Assembly: GCF_009914755.1 (NCBI RefSeq)
Contig: NC_060925.1
DNA length: 64,000 nucleotides
Direction: 5' to 3' (one strand)
From: the human T2T-CHM13v2.0 reference genome, Homo sapiens
Shown here: one piece after another, positions 30,143 to 44,241 of the stretch
Position numbering within the stretch: position 1 is the first letter of the stretch
Layout of the letters: each line of letters opens with the position of its first letter
Made by a program: the position numbers and the translations under genes
The notes under the pieces: model-generated
Databases searched by the model: none
What the model was told of the DNA's origin: nothing
What the model saw: only the letters and a program-made list of their open reading frames with translations

Positions 30143-30292
30143 TCTGACCTGTCCTACTCTGAGCAAATGCCTCAGGGCTCTGAGCTGCAGCTGCTTTCCT
30201 TTCCAGACAGGCCTCTCTGACCTGTCCTACTCTGAGCAAATGCCTCGGGGCTCTGAGCTGCAGCTGCTTTCCTTTCCAGACAGGCCTCTCTG
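30143..30292. repeat. 73-bp tandem duplication (2 copies, 1 mismatch)
   Basis: acctgtcctactctgagcaaatgcctc(a/g)gggctctgagctgcagctgctttcctttccagacaggcctctctg at 30147-30219 and 30220-30292. Confidence 0.95.
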
Positions 30293-30362
30293 GCCACACA
30301 GGGCTCTTGTGATGGTGCCTTCCTTTTAAGGCTCTCATGGGCAAATGCATTAACTGGCATTC

Positions 30363-30365
30363 TGT

Positions 30366-30399
<34 letters not shown>
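30363..30399. repeat. (TG)n microsatellite
   Basis: TG run with one tt interruption. Confidence 0.9.
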
Positions 30400-30429
30400 C
30401 CTCTGAGAGGCTTCAGGATATAACAGGAA

Positions 30430-30640
30430 GCATGTTCTGGGCTTGGAATAAGATCAGCCCTGGGTTAATATCGTGGCTCAGCTGCTCACTTGTTCTGTGA
30501 CCTTGGGCAAGTTCTTTAACTTCCTTGAGTTTCTTTTTTCTGATCTGTCAAATAAGAAAAATGAAAGTCTACTTCCAGAGTGAATGTTAGGACTGGAATG
30601 AATATATTAGAGAAGATGAGCAGATGTTCAATAAATACAA
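30430..30640 (+). mobile_element. MIR
   Basis: ctgtgaccttgggcaagttctttaacttccttgagtttc MIR core. Confidence 0.75.
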
Positions 30641-32479
30641 GAAGATGAGGATCGCCATTGTTACTGCTACTACTGCTGCTCCACTCCCACTACTGTTATT
30701 ATTACCATTAAGAATAATAGATCCAGGGCCCAACGTACAACCTAAGTATGGGTCTGAAAGCTCTAATAGACTTCGGATTCCTGATAAAGGAGATTCATGA
30801 CATTTATCTCAGCAGTAACTAAAACAAGGGCATCGAACAAATAAAAATGTGTTGCGTTCCTTGTCATGGCATATCCAGGCACCTTGCAAACGTATCCAAA
30901 TAAATTATGGGGTAACTTAACTGCAAGTCAATATATGTAAATCCCTCCCTGGCATAACTTTAAAGGAAGGGCAGCTTTTAATTGCATTGTACTATTAACC
31001 CATAAGCCAGAATAAGCGGCCTGCTTTGTACTTAAGAAAAAAAATTGCCTTTTGAGAAGCTCAATGCTTTGCAAAGATCTTACAAGTCACCCTTAAAACA
31101 GCTTAGTGGGTAGGAAGCATTCAGCAATATTCATTTGGAAAAAGTTAAAAAATAAACTGTGAAGTTGAGAACTTCTTTCTTTGATTGCCTGATCAAGCCA
31201 GGTATTTGTTAATACAAATCATGAATGAAACTCCAGATGGTGACAGGTAATCCCATCTGCTGCCAAACTGAGGGGGCTGGAGGCGTGAAAGATGACATGA
31301 ATGAAACTGACCTCTATGGGCTGGAATATTGAGTTAAAACCAGTAAGAGGAGAGTTGAGAGCGGAAACGTAAACTTCCTCTTTTCAGTAAACCACACTCA
31401 CGCATAAGATCAGGATGAAGAAGGGTCAGCTCAGCAAATATTTTGTAAAATAATGAGACATTTTAGATTTTAAGAGGCATGAATGATAGCAGGACACCTG
31501 ATTTGCAGAATAGGTCCTTCTACTGAGAACCAATTAGATGACCTCTGGAGCAAGGTGAAGGTGGGGAGGGTTAGGGGCAATCCACTGAACATCTAGATGA
31601 GGCCGACTAGGATTTCCAAGGTCTAGACCATTTCACACAAGGAACAGTTTGTACCATTTGGCCTGAAAAAGAGGGTGGCAAAGGAAGGAGAGCTGCCTCC
31701 AAACTGGTAAAGAGCAGCAGGTGTAGGACTCAGCGTCTTGATGCTGTGTCAGCAGGGGTATCCAGGTGATATCACAAGGAGCCGATTCAACTCAATGAAG
31801 AGCTCACAGCTGTAACAGCACTCACAGGGGCTGCCGAGCAAGGCACAAGATCCGCTCCACCAGCAGCGAGAAGAGGCTGGATGGTCCAGAGCACAGAGGG
31901 GCTACCGTAATTCCTAAGGGTCCGTGCTATACTTATGTCTATATTACAAACCAACAAGGCGCTGGAAAACAACACAGTGAGATTCACGAGAGCTCACTAA
32001 GACTAGTTACAATATTTTTATCATTTATTTTGTTGTTAGATAAACCATAAAACCGTGGGACTTAGAGAGCCTATTATTCCATAAAGGCAGCTGTGATGCT
32101 CGAAGAACAGAACTGGAGCTCAGTGACTGGCCCAGGTATCAAAATAAACACGGTGCCTGAAGGGAAAAATAATATTTATAGGGCACCTCACAGCAGGCTG
32201 GCTATGGATGTGATGGTACACGATCTATATGATGTGTCATTTCCCCTGTTGATTTGATGGCCTTCTGCGGTTTCAGAAAGGACTTCAGGTAGATTGCAGG
32301 GATACATAATATATGTTTAGTTACAACTAGATTAAAAGCTGAATAAGAAAAGATAGAAATTTAGGAAAGGAAAATGAAATGGGGTCAGGAATAAGGATAA
32401 GGTATGTTGTACATAGAAATGACTTACACATTTACCACAGCAAACCATGTCTCTTTTGGTGCGTATGACTTCTGAGGAG

Positions 32480-32630
32480 TGATCATCTCATTTTACAGAT
32501 GAGTTAACTGAGGCTCACAGACAAAGTAACGTCCCAAACACCTAACCGAGCGTATGTGCTGGGATTTTAATTGTGGTTTGACCAACCACAAAGCACAAAG
32601 CCTGTGCTTTCTGATGTTCTACCGCTGCCT
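32480..32630 (-). mobile_element. MIR fragment
   Basis: cattttacagatgagttaactgaggctcacaga. Confidence 0.7.
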
Positions 32631-33430
32631 CAGTAAGAGATGAGGATTAAGTAGAACCAATTATTTCTTGCTGAGAAAGGCAGGTCCAAGGATACAGATG
32701 CAGAGTTGATACTTTTGCAGACCAGTCACACAGAGTGATTCCTGCTAGGTAAAGCCTAGCACAGTACACTCGCATAGATGATGCTTAATACACATTTGCC
32801 ATAAAGGATAGCACCCAGAACAATGTAACATTTTAAAACCAATCTGGATAGAATTCTAGATATGTAACCATCATGAAAGCTTTATTTCCCTTTCATCTAG
32901 CGCTGTAGGTCTAATGTATTTTACATTTTATAGAGGGTTTCTGACATATCAAAACAAAATCTCTGTTAATGGGAGTTTTCATTATTTTAGAAAGCTGAAA
33001 ATAGTCAACTCCTTTAGAACAAAGATGTTTGCTGAGATAACTGGGCACATGTATCATGTAATTTCTGGCCTAAACATTTGTTTCATGTTAATGACAAAGT
33101 TTGGTTATTTAGTGACTGTTTATATACAAAGAGCAGGATGATAAATCATAATATCAGAATGTATTTCTAAAGCTTTCTAAAATGCTCTGACATTACGGGG
33201 ATGTATAAACACAAAGCACTATTATACACTGCATTTGCTATTGTTGCCTGGAATTAAAATAAAGACACCAGGCAGAGCTCATCAAGACAGATTTTTAAAG
33301 ACCTTGTTAGTCAAGACCACCTCAGTCTAGCAGTGAGTGTTCTCACCCCAGCAAACGTGAAGCCAGATTAGGATTTCTATTTCCTCTGACATAATACTGT
33401 TAGACTTAATTCACTTAAGAAATATTTACA

Positions 33431-33725
33431 GGCCAGGCGTGGTGGCTCACGCCTGTAATCTCAGCACTTTGGGAGGCTGAGGAGGGCGGATCACAAGATC
33501 AGGAATTCAAGACTAGCCTGAACAACATGGTGAAACCCCATCTCTACTAAAAACACAAAAATTATCCAGGTGTGGTGGCGGGCCTCTGTAATCCCAGCTA
33601 CTCGGGAGGCTGAGGTAGAAGAATCACTTGAACTCGGGGGTGGAGGTTGCAGTGAGCTGAGATTGTGCCACTGCACTCCAGCCTGGGGAACAGAGTGAGA
33701 CTCCGTCTCAAAAAAAAAAAAAAAA
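33431..33725 (+). mobile_element. AluS (Sg-like)
   Basis: Full Alu with A tail. Confidence 0.95.
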
Positions 33726-33844
33726 GTACAGAACACCTGCTTTTTGCAGGGCCCCATTAGGCATACAAAAATGAAAACTAAACAAGTTCAGAATTGAAGG
33801 TATATATAGACTACACCAACCTTGGGTAGAATTTACTGATGGCC

Positions 33845-34399
33845 ATAGCAGCAAATTTATTTTTCCAAACATGACTGCTACAGTACCTCTCCATCCTACA
33901 AACCACCCTTGAATCTTACCATATATCTACCAAGAGGCAGAATATAATTCCCCTTTCTCTGAATCTGGGTGGGTGAGTGACTTACTTGTAGAAAATAGAA
34001 TGGGAGAGAATCGATGCTGCAGAACTTCTGAGGCTAGGCCAGAAAAATCAATGTAACTTTTATTAATACCTTACTCACTAGAAAACTTTTGCTGAAGCCC
34101 TGAGGCCACCATGCTCTCAGGAAGCCAAAATTCTGACTCACCTAGAGATTACACAGAGAGGTTCTGAGGCTACACGAAAAGAGAGAAAGATGTCCAGTTA
34201 GTCCCCAGCAGTTCCGATTCCCTATTTCAGTCCCAGTCACCACCTTTATAAGGGTCTCCAAATCACAACCACTCAGCCCAGCCCTTCCCAAATTCCTGAC
34301 CCATAGAAGCCATGAGATATGATAAATTGTTTCCTGTTGTTTTAAGACAAAAACTAAGGTTTATAGAGATTTGTTATTGAGTAATAGACAACAAGAACA
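33845..34399 (+). mobile_element. MaLR solo LTR (MLT1F/G-like)
   Basis: tgaatctgggtggg...aatagaatg...cttctgaggctagg...aattcctgacccatagaagccatgag...ttgttttaag...aatagacaacaagaaca. Confidence 0.75.
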
Positions 34400-34659
34400 T
34401 AAAGGCAAACTGTTAGAGGAATTTAGGAAAGGAAAGATAATTTTTAATTGGGGTGATCAGGACAACTTCATGGCAGAGTTGCCATTTAAGTTGGGCTTTG
34501 CCAACTAGGTGTGGACAGGAAATGAAGAGGTTGAGGGAGGGAAGGTCATTCTATATGAAGAGTAAGATCCAAGGAGAGGTTCGGAATGGAAATTCACAGT
34601 ATATGATGTGTGGGAAAGTGTTGTGGGAGATGGGCTAGAAAGTTCGAGAAAGAAGGGTC

Positions 34660-35217
<558 letters not shown>

Positions 35218-37199
35218 TCTACATGGCATTTCTCCGTTTTCCTCAGGCACAATGAGCCACTGCAGGCTTTTGAGGAGAAGAGTGACAAGCTGAGAGCTGT
35301 GTTTTAGGACAGCTATCCTAGAGCTATGTGTGGGCAGAGAGTAGCAAGCAGGTTAGTTAGGAGGCTAGGGTAAAAAGGCAGACAGGGGACACATTTGTCA
35401 TATGCCCTAGTGAGGCACAGAATCAGGGAACAGGAGGTCTGCAGGTTTCAGGACCGGCCAGTTCAGGGAGAAAAGGGACTAGCCGTGATTATCAGGTCAC
35501 TGGTGATTTATTTATCACTTCCTTGAAGTATTAAAATGGTTTTGTTACACTGCAGCTCTCATTAGAGACCTGCACAAACAAAAGTCAGCTTTAAAAGATC
35601 TGCAATAAAAACCAAGGGACTGGAAAGTGAGGGAGCAGAGGTGAAAAGAAAGAGGAAGCCAGGAGAGGGGACTGCTAGGTGGCCTCCAACACACACCCCC
35701 AGCCTGGTGGCGGCAGTTCATGGTGGTAAATGTGCTCACTAAAGCTCCAGACGAGAATGTCTTTTCAGGCGGCCCTTTTAAAGTGATGGAACAACTAGTA
35801 CAAAATTAAACAGGATAAATGACGTTAACTGACTGGTCCTTTGTATCAGACTCAAAAGACGGTAATTAGAACGGCCACATAGAAACTCTGCAGTCAGAAC
35901 ACTAAAACTCATTAATGAGGATTTGAAACTAAAAAAAAGTTTTAAATAGATAGAATGAGCTTTCCAGAGTGTTTGTAAGGACCAGATGAGATTTCCTGTC
36001 ACTTCCTTTCCTGGTACCCACCACTCTACTGTTGTGATTTCCCTCGACTGATCTTTTCAGCAGATGGGCCAGAGGACGCTGCGTTCTGATGCCTTCACAA
36101 AAGGCAACAATAGACCTTCAGCAGACTGGGTTTTGCACCAAGAACTCTCTCCTGCAGCAGAATTGAAAATTTCCTTCCACTTGGCTCCTTTGGAAAGACC
36201 TAGGAAAGGGCAGGTTTCCTTGTACATACCCACAGACCCTGAAGCCCTCTTCCAACCCATGAGAAGGGCAGCCAGAGGCAGACACCCCACACACACATAC
36301 AGGGAACCTAGTGCTAATATCTGTGTTATTTACTGATGAAAAGAATAAATGCGGCAGAATCACTTCTTTGTGGGACTGAATAAACATAAATCTTGCTCTA
36401 GAAGTCCGTATGTTTAAGTAACCCACATAAACTGACAATTCAGACCCAAACATCTCACTCAAAGATGGCTGAATTTTGGAAGTGAGGAGACTAAATAACA
36501 AAACACCTAACTCCTTTTGCGCAGGTGTTAGTATGCCTCCCTCCAATGTCATCTCTGCAAAAAGATTCCCCTTTCCACTGCGGACACTTAAAATCCTTTC
36601 TGACTCAACTGAGAGGTGTTTTACTTCTATTGAATCTTCCCATGCCAGAAAGACGGATTCCCTATCTGAGAATAGGAGGCAAAAAGAAATCTTTTGTACT
36701 GAGGACCAAGTTTTAAGTATGTTGTACTTTCCTTTCCTGTTTAGGTGAAAGCATGAGAAAATGCCCCTCCTCTTATTTACAAGTATTTGCACTTTCCAGA
36801 AGCATGACTTTCAGAGCTCCAAAAAGGTCCCCCAAATTATTTTCTCCTAAAAAAGCTTAAAGAGAAGCCAACTGTGGTAGTTTTTTTTTACTCTCTGGCT
36901 CTGTAAATATGCATGTCTCTTTAGACAAATGCAAATGAGCAGCCTTGTTATGTGTGAATTTCAAGACAACTTTACTTTTATTGCAAAATCTACCTCTCTT
37001 AGAAGACAAGAAATCTGCCAGAAACCTGAGGACCTCCTTCAACTCCTCACGGGCCCGAAGTAGGGCTCACTGATTTGGTTAGTTTTCACCAGGGCACCCC
37101 TAAATGTGAGATTGTCTGAAGGAGATCCCCCCGAGTCATGGTAAACACCTACTAGCATGGGTCAAGCTGGGACAGGAACCTCCCTGCGGAGCAGTCAGA

Positions 37200-37430
37200 G
37201 AATAATCATCCTAGCTCAGGCCCACGTGGTGCTTACTTTGTGGCAGCCCCTGCTCTCCGTGTTTTATGTATGTTAATTCATTTTCTCCTCACAAGTCTAT
37301 GAAGTAGGTCTTATGATTTTACTTCCATTTTACAGATGAGGAAAAGGAGGCCTGAAATTATCAGTGTTAAGTGGGAGAGATGAGGTGTGAACTCAGGCAG
37401 GCTGTGTTCTAATCCCTAAGCCACACCACC
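37200..37430 (-). mobile_element. MIR
   Basis: ctcctcacaagtctatgaagtagg...ccattttacagatgaggaaa. Confidence 0.75.
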
Positions 37431-37657
37431 TGTGCCAGAAGGATGCAAATTTTATAAACCATCTCTCGGGAGACACATGAAGCCAAAGGTCTAACTTAAT
37501 GATGACCTCTGTGAGACATAAAAGACACATTGTAAAATGCTGGCACTCTGCAAAATGTAAACAAATTACGGAAAAAAGGATTAGGGTTTAAAAGTAATAA
37601 ATAGCACAAGTATGGCTAATAAATTAGGGCAGAGGAGATTGAAATGGAAGACCTGCC

Positions 37658-37741
37658 CCAACACATGGAGCAATGCAAAGGTCTCTGTCCCAGCTGAAGC
37701 CAACACATGGAGCAATGCAAAGGTCTCTGTCCCAGCTGAAG
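37658..37741. repeat. Perfect 42-bp tandem duplication
   Basis: ccaacacatggagcaatgcaaaggtctctgtcccagctgaag at 37658-37699 and 37700-37741. Confidence 0.97.
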
Positions 37742-38437
37742 ACCTCCAGGTACACATGCTTTCCTTCCCTGCTAGCTATTCTCAAGACCTTCCCCACAAA
37801 TCATTAAGAGGTCTTTACGGTTATTTGGTGAACCATTACTTCTCTCTTCTCACCTTCCCGTAAGAATAACACTCCTACTTCATCAATCACCAATTGCTTA
37901 AGGAAATTTATGACAGGTCCAAATAGTGAAGAAAAGGTGAAGAAATCATCTTCACTTTTATGCCGCAAGTTTTATGGCACTCAGAAAAGTTGGTGGTCTC
38001 TTTTCCATAGAGCTGTGATGGCTACCCACTTGTACAGGACTGTATATTTAGAATGCTCACAGAAGGGATGCTACAGACAGGAAAAAAGTATGCCATCCAG
38101 GGGCCATCTTGGCATATCAAAGGACATTAACAGTGGCTTGTACCTTCCCCTAGGTCACCTACGAAAATTTGGCAGTGATAACTCACTTTTCCTTCACAAC
38201 TGGTGAAACCTGGACTAGTATTCGTTGGCTAATTTGAAATCAGTCATGTTCTTTCCAGATCCCTGAGACCCAAGAGCTGAGTCAATGAACTGAGGAGGTC
38301 ATCAAGAGAGACAGGTTTGGCCTGGCCCCACAGCAGGGGGAAGCCTGGAGCCAGGGACCTCCTAACAGAGGAAGGCAGAGGAGCCTTCTGAAGTGCAAAC
38401 TGGAGAAAAGCAATTGAGCACTGATTTTAGGATCTTA

Positions 38438-38617
<180 letters not shown>

Positions 38618-39923
38618 TTAAAACATTATTTCAAATTTTGATGAGTTTTCACTAAAGTCATTTTTTCCACCAAAGAAAGAACAAAGAACACACACTTAAT
38701 CTCTCTATGTATAGATTTATAAATATAAAACTTTCAGTAGTACCCTGCTAGGTCTCATTTCACCACCACGTAAACCAAATGATTCTCATAAAAATCTCAG
38801 CAGTCTTAGTCTGATTCATGGCAAAGGTTTAATATCTAAGGATTGAAAAGAACAGTTTCTTTTCACTAAGATTATTAGCTGAACAAAACACACTAGGGTA
38901 CATTTGCTAAAGTATCAAGTAGCTTTGTAAATAATTAATATTAGATGATACTTTTTGAAAATAAATAATATAACTGTTTGGGAAGGTAGCATCTCTGTTT
39001 CTTGAAGAATGTTTTCCCACTGTTTGAAATATCTATCCATCTATCTATCTAGGTAGATGGATACACAGATAAACAGATATCGTATGTTGAACACCACTGG
39101 TTCAATTCAAGTCATATCTAGTTTTTAAGCAAAAAACACCACATGCACATGAAGTAAGTGTTTTGTGGGCCAAGTTGCTTCTTTAGGCATTCTTATATGA
39201 GTTTCTCACGTACTGGCATGCATCAATTTCACACACCTTGCTTGATCAAAGAGGTAATTGCTCAATATTAAACTTAGCATGTCTGTTGCTTTTGGCTTAA
39301 GCCCAATGGATCCTTGGTGATTAGTCGCGAGGAGCCAGAAGCAACAGTTCTCTGAGCAAGCTGGTCCCTTCAGGTCTCACTCCATCACTGAAGACTCCTA
39401 GCTGCCAATCACTCACCATCATTGTGGTGCAGAGGTTCTGTGGGGCCTGTGGTTGGAAGCACAAGAGAGAACTGCTGGCCAGAATCCATGGGGGTGGCAG
39501 AAGTCAGTGGAGAGCCAGACTGCCCAGGTCGTATAATATCGACATCCTTCCTGGTCCTAGGGTATTAGGACTTGGATCATTCTACTACAGATCTGATCTG
39601 ACCTCCTACAAGGCTGATCTTCCTGCTGGGAAGTTGTTGACAGCTGTATCTCTCTCACTGCTGAACTAAGGAGGATCTTATTTCTGTAACCCATGTTGCA
39701 AAAGTTCTGTCAGAGAGTAAAAAAGAAATGCTTGGCACAGACAGGAAGACTCTGCATTTCATTATCAAGAATATAGAAGTAACTCGGACTTCTAAGTAGT
39801 TTAACATAACGTTAAACAAATTATGTGATAAAGGGGTGGGGGTGGAAGTGGGGATTCCCTAACAGCCCTATTTATATGTAAGATATAAAAAAGGGAGTGA
39901 GTCTTGTGCTGTCCACACTTTCA

Positions 39924-40173
<250 letters not shown>

Positions 40174-41143
40174 CTATTTACTCCCAAGCATTTTCAAGAG
40201 TAAAATGTCACATCCTCCATTAATAATCCATTCCAATGTTGAATTGTTTAGGTATCAAAAAGATCTCTATTGTGCTGCAATTTAAATCCAATTCTTTTTA
40301 TTTTGACCTAGGTTCAAATAGAGAACTACAGAACAATATGCTACTGTGATATCTATTATCACCCATCAGTTTCCTCTTCTGAAAGCTGAAAATACCTAAA
40401 TACTTCTGCCACAAAACACAACAAATTAGCTATTATGCTCCTCATCATTGGAAGAAAAGGGAATTGCATGCAAGATATCATTGAGTGAAGGTATTGAAAA
40501 AAATATTAGAAAGCAGAGTCAGGTCAGAGGTGGAGTTTTCTGAGGGGCTGTGTTGAGAAGAATGGAAGAGGGAGAAGTCCCCACATCAGGGGACAGAGGG
40601 TGTGATGGGGCTTGCAGAGGAACCAGGACAAAACCAAGTGGAGCCAGGGCTGGGCAGATGTGCTAATATGTGATCATCTGGCTAAGTCTGTCTAATTTTT
40701 AGAAGACAGTAGTCTTGCATGGTCTCTACACATATTAAAAGGGGGGCTGATGTGGCTCTTGTTTTTGATTCTAAAATTTCCCCAGAGATTACACTGTACA
40801 TTTTTTAAATGCCAGAAACAATTATCCAAAATTTAAGAAGTGAGGAAACTGTGCTAGTCTAAAAATAAAGTTCAATGTGGTAGGAAAGGAAATGACGTTT
40901 AACAGGTTAGAGGGAGGGTGGCAGTGAATAGAGAGGATCTTTTTTGGGGGGAAGATCAGTAAAGAATTATAGCACACTCTGGGCAAATATGAAAGTCTGT
41001 CACTACTACTGGCAAGGCAGTACCAAGAAAGAAGAGCTACTAAGAGGAGCAGGCACATAAAGCCCTCTTTATTTCTTTCTAAGAGAAATAGCTGAGAGAT
41101 TAACCTGAGGGGTAGATGCTCACTCCTTTAAAAGCACACTTAA

Positions 41144-41476
<333 letters not shown>

Positions 41477-43169
41477 AGAAAACATCAATTATTAACAGAT
41501 TTTTAAAAATCATTAGAAGCGCAGAAGGATGCACCAAGTAGAAAGCAGCCCTCCCAATCTCCGGGTTTACTATAGAGAATCTGGCTAAGTATTTCTAATT
41601 ATTAGAAGACAATGGTCTTGCATGGTCTCTACACATATTAAAAGGGTGAATATTCTCATCTTTCCCTGGAGGTTACAAGCTCAGAAGCTAACAGAGGCTA
41701 TGGAGGGAGAAAACATGCTAGTACTGGAAAAAGCAATTTACCAAACAGTGCCCTGCTGGCCTGAAAGCTAATTCAATTCCAAAACAGAGCAAATTAGTCC
41801 CTTTTCAATGCTGAGATGGAGCCCACAGCTTCTTAATAGAGTGATAAAATAATTAACATTTCACAATAAGCCAAGATCCAGGGCTGACACTTAATAACTT
41901 AATAGCTTTGTCTGGGTGGCATGTATATCTAGTTTTTCAACTATTGATCTCATTATATTCTGAACAGCATGATGTTGGACTCCAAGGAACAAATATCTAC
42001 CTTTACAACTGATGAAGGATGAGGGGGCCGTCCATGGGTACGGGGGAGAGGGTAAAGATCCTGTCAGTGGCCAGCCTCCAGCCTCCAGGGAGGTCAATTT
42101 GAAGGCTCTGTATCTTAGCAGAAGGGGTGGAAGTGGGTGTCACTAACAGGGCCAGGCTTAGGAACAAAACAAGGGGATCCACTGAGTGCTGTAAAATGGA
42201 ACCACCAAATGCCCAATAAAATCTGCATCTCGAATGTTTCCATGTTGTAAGACAATTAGTCTGTATATCATGAAAGTATGTAAATTTAATGCTCACTGTG
42301 CACAAGCTGAGATAAATCCTAACGCTGTCTTTATTCTTATAGGACTTATTAAGTGCCAAATACCATGTGCTCATGTGTGAACCCTCAACACGAATATAGG
42401 GCAAGTATTTGAAAATTATGGTTCCCACAACAGTCTTAATTCAGTCGTGGAACTCCAAGGAATAATCAGTAATATTGAATTCACCTAACAAGGCATAAAC
42501 ACCAACAAGAAATGCTACAGACAGATGCAAGTCCAAAGTTATGACATCAGGAATTATAACCTCAAGTTTTAAATTCTTGGTGTAACTCCTCAACAACAAA
42601 TTTGCATTAATCTAATCATTTTCATTTAATAAACATGCTTTAAATTCTAAAGAGGAAACTTTAGAAATACGTCAGAAAGAGATTAAAAATCAACTCAATA
42701 TTTCACCTGTTTTTGTTTTAAAGGACTCTGGAAAACTGAAATTACTGGCTTTATAGAAAATGATTGCAGCTAAAGGGAAAGGGTGGTGCACAAGCTCAGG
42801 CTTTGCAAACATGTATATAATTTTCCTTAGCTTGTTCTGCCAAATGACCTTGAAACACTTTAGAAATATCAATGCACATCTAAGAATAGCAACATAGAAC
42901 AATGTGTATTGTGAGATCCACTCTTCGTATGCTTAACATTTTTTTTAAAAAAAGTTAGGGCCTGGAAGAAATCATTTTTCAAAATATAAAATATATTATC
43001 ACTCAAGGATTATCCTAAGTATGTTTCCATTCCTGTACACCAAGTTAAGGTCATAGAGATTCCTTAAGAATTGTCTTAATGAGCCTTATGTAAATTTCAT
43101 ATGGAAGAGAGTTCTGAGTGGTCATTCAAGTTAGCTAACAGCAGCCCTGATGGATTGCCAGAGTTGAGA

Positions 43170-43360
43170 ACTGTGGTTTACACACACTGATGGCATAAGA
43201 ATCACCAAGAAAGCTTGTGGAAAGACAGATTCTAGGATCCCGCCCAGTGAAATTTGATTTAAAAAGTATGAGTTGGGTCCAGGAATCTACTTAGTTAATT
43301 AGTTCCTCCAGGGATTCTGATGCAAGTGGTCCCTGTTTCCTGGGAAACACACAGGTTTAA
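43170..43360. mobile_element. MER5-type hAT MITE
   Basis: agaatcacc...agcttgtggaaagacagattctaggatccc...ccaggaatct...gattctgatgcaagtggtcc. Confidence 0.7.
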
Positions 43361-44132
43361 AAACTCTAAATTCACTGGGAAGGAAAACCTTTGAGGACAT
43401 ATTTTAGGCCTGAGTCAAATTTTAATTAATCTCTTTCTTCAAGAGTATTTTTAAAGCAATTTCTCTCTCCGCTTCCCCTTACCCACGCGTGCACATATAT
43501 AAAACTTAGCTATCAATGTCAAAGTGATGTTTAGAAGGAGCATCTCAAAATTTGTTATGAAGTAAATTAAAACTATTATGTAAACATTGTAAAACACACA
43601 TGGAAACCAAGGCTTCTTGGCTAATAGCCACTAAAAGACCATAATTTAATTTTTTAGTCTTCCCAATGCTGTTTGTACCTAATCTTGTGTTTCTGAATAT
43701 TACTGAAGTATAATATGATAACCATACTATAAAATAATATACACTTGATAAAAATGTATTGAATGCATTAAACCTATCCACAATGCTTAATAACAGCAAA
43801 TTTATTTGCACTATTTTGCACAAGGCAACCCAATCATTTAAGCAGTTTAAAAGACAGGGTACCTTAATGCAGATCTGGGCATGGGAAATGGAAGGACCAG
43901 AAAAAATAAAAGTAACTCCTGAATATGCATTAAGAAGCAGGAAGAGTTCAAAATAAAGAAATATCTTTTAAGGCTAAGTGGCCTAAAGGGATCCAAAGTG
44001 CCTCTTCATGTCCCCATTAAAATGTAATCTTATAGACTTTAAAATCTTTTTATTGCCAGGGGTCAATGAAAAGCTTGCTTCCGTAAAATGTGAATCTCAG
44101 CTGGAGGGTGAAAATAGAAGCAGAAAGGATAC

Positions 44133-44241
44133 GAGGAATGGCAAAGAGCTGAGCAAACACGTGAAACGAAGAACCCCAAGCCATCTGCCAAGGAGCCACA
44201 TATGTCAGGACGAACTGTAACTTGTGAAGCAGGTCCCCGAG
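44133..44241 (-). CDS. PCNX2: PCNX2 internal coding exon (109 nt, phase 0 to 1): LGDLLHKLQFVLTYVAPWQMAWGSSFHVFAQLFAIP(H)
   Basis: Acceptor ttttttcttttactttcag|CTCGGG; donor CCTC|gtatcctttc (U12 consensus). The translation matches the pecanex-family motif 'YxAPWQxxWGSxFHxFAQxFAxPH'. Confidence 0.95.

Noticed and set aside
36118-36792. Longest ORF in the track (224 aa, minus strand) in unique sequence
   Set aside because: Non-ATG start, no recognisable domain or pecanex similarity, and the PCNX2 exons join in frame without it. Probably chance; PhyloCSF or Ribo-seq would settle it.
37658-37741. Direct repeats as a CRISPR-like array
   Set aside because: Two adjacent copies without spacers in human intronic DNA; a simple tandem duplication.
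39832-39853. G-rich run ggggtgggggtggaagtgggg as a G-quadruplex
   Set aside because: One tract has only two Gs; weak and common motif.
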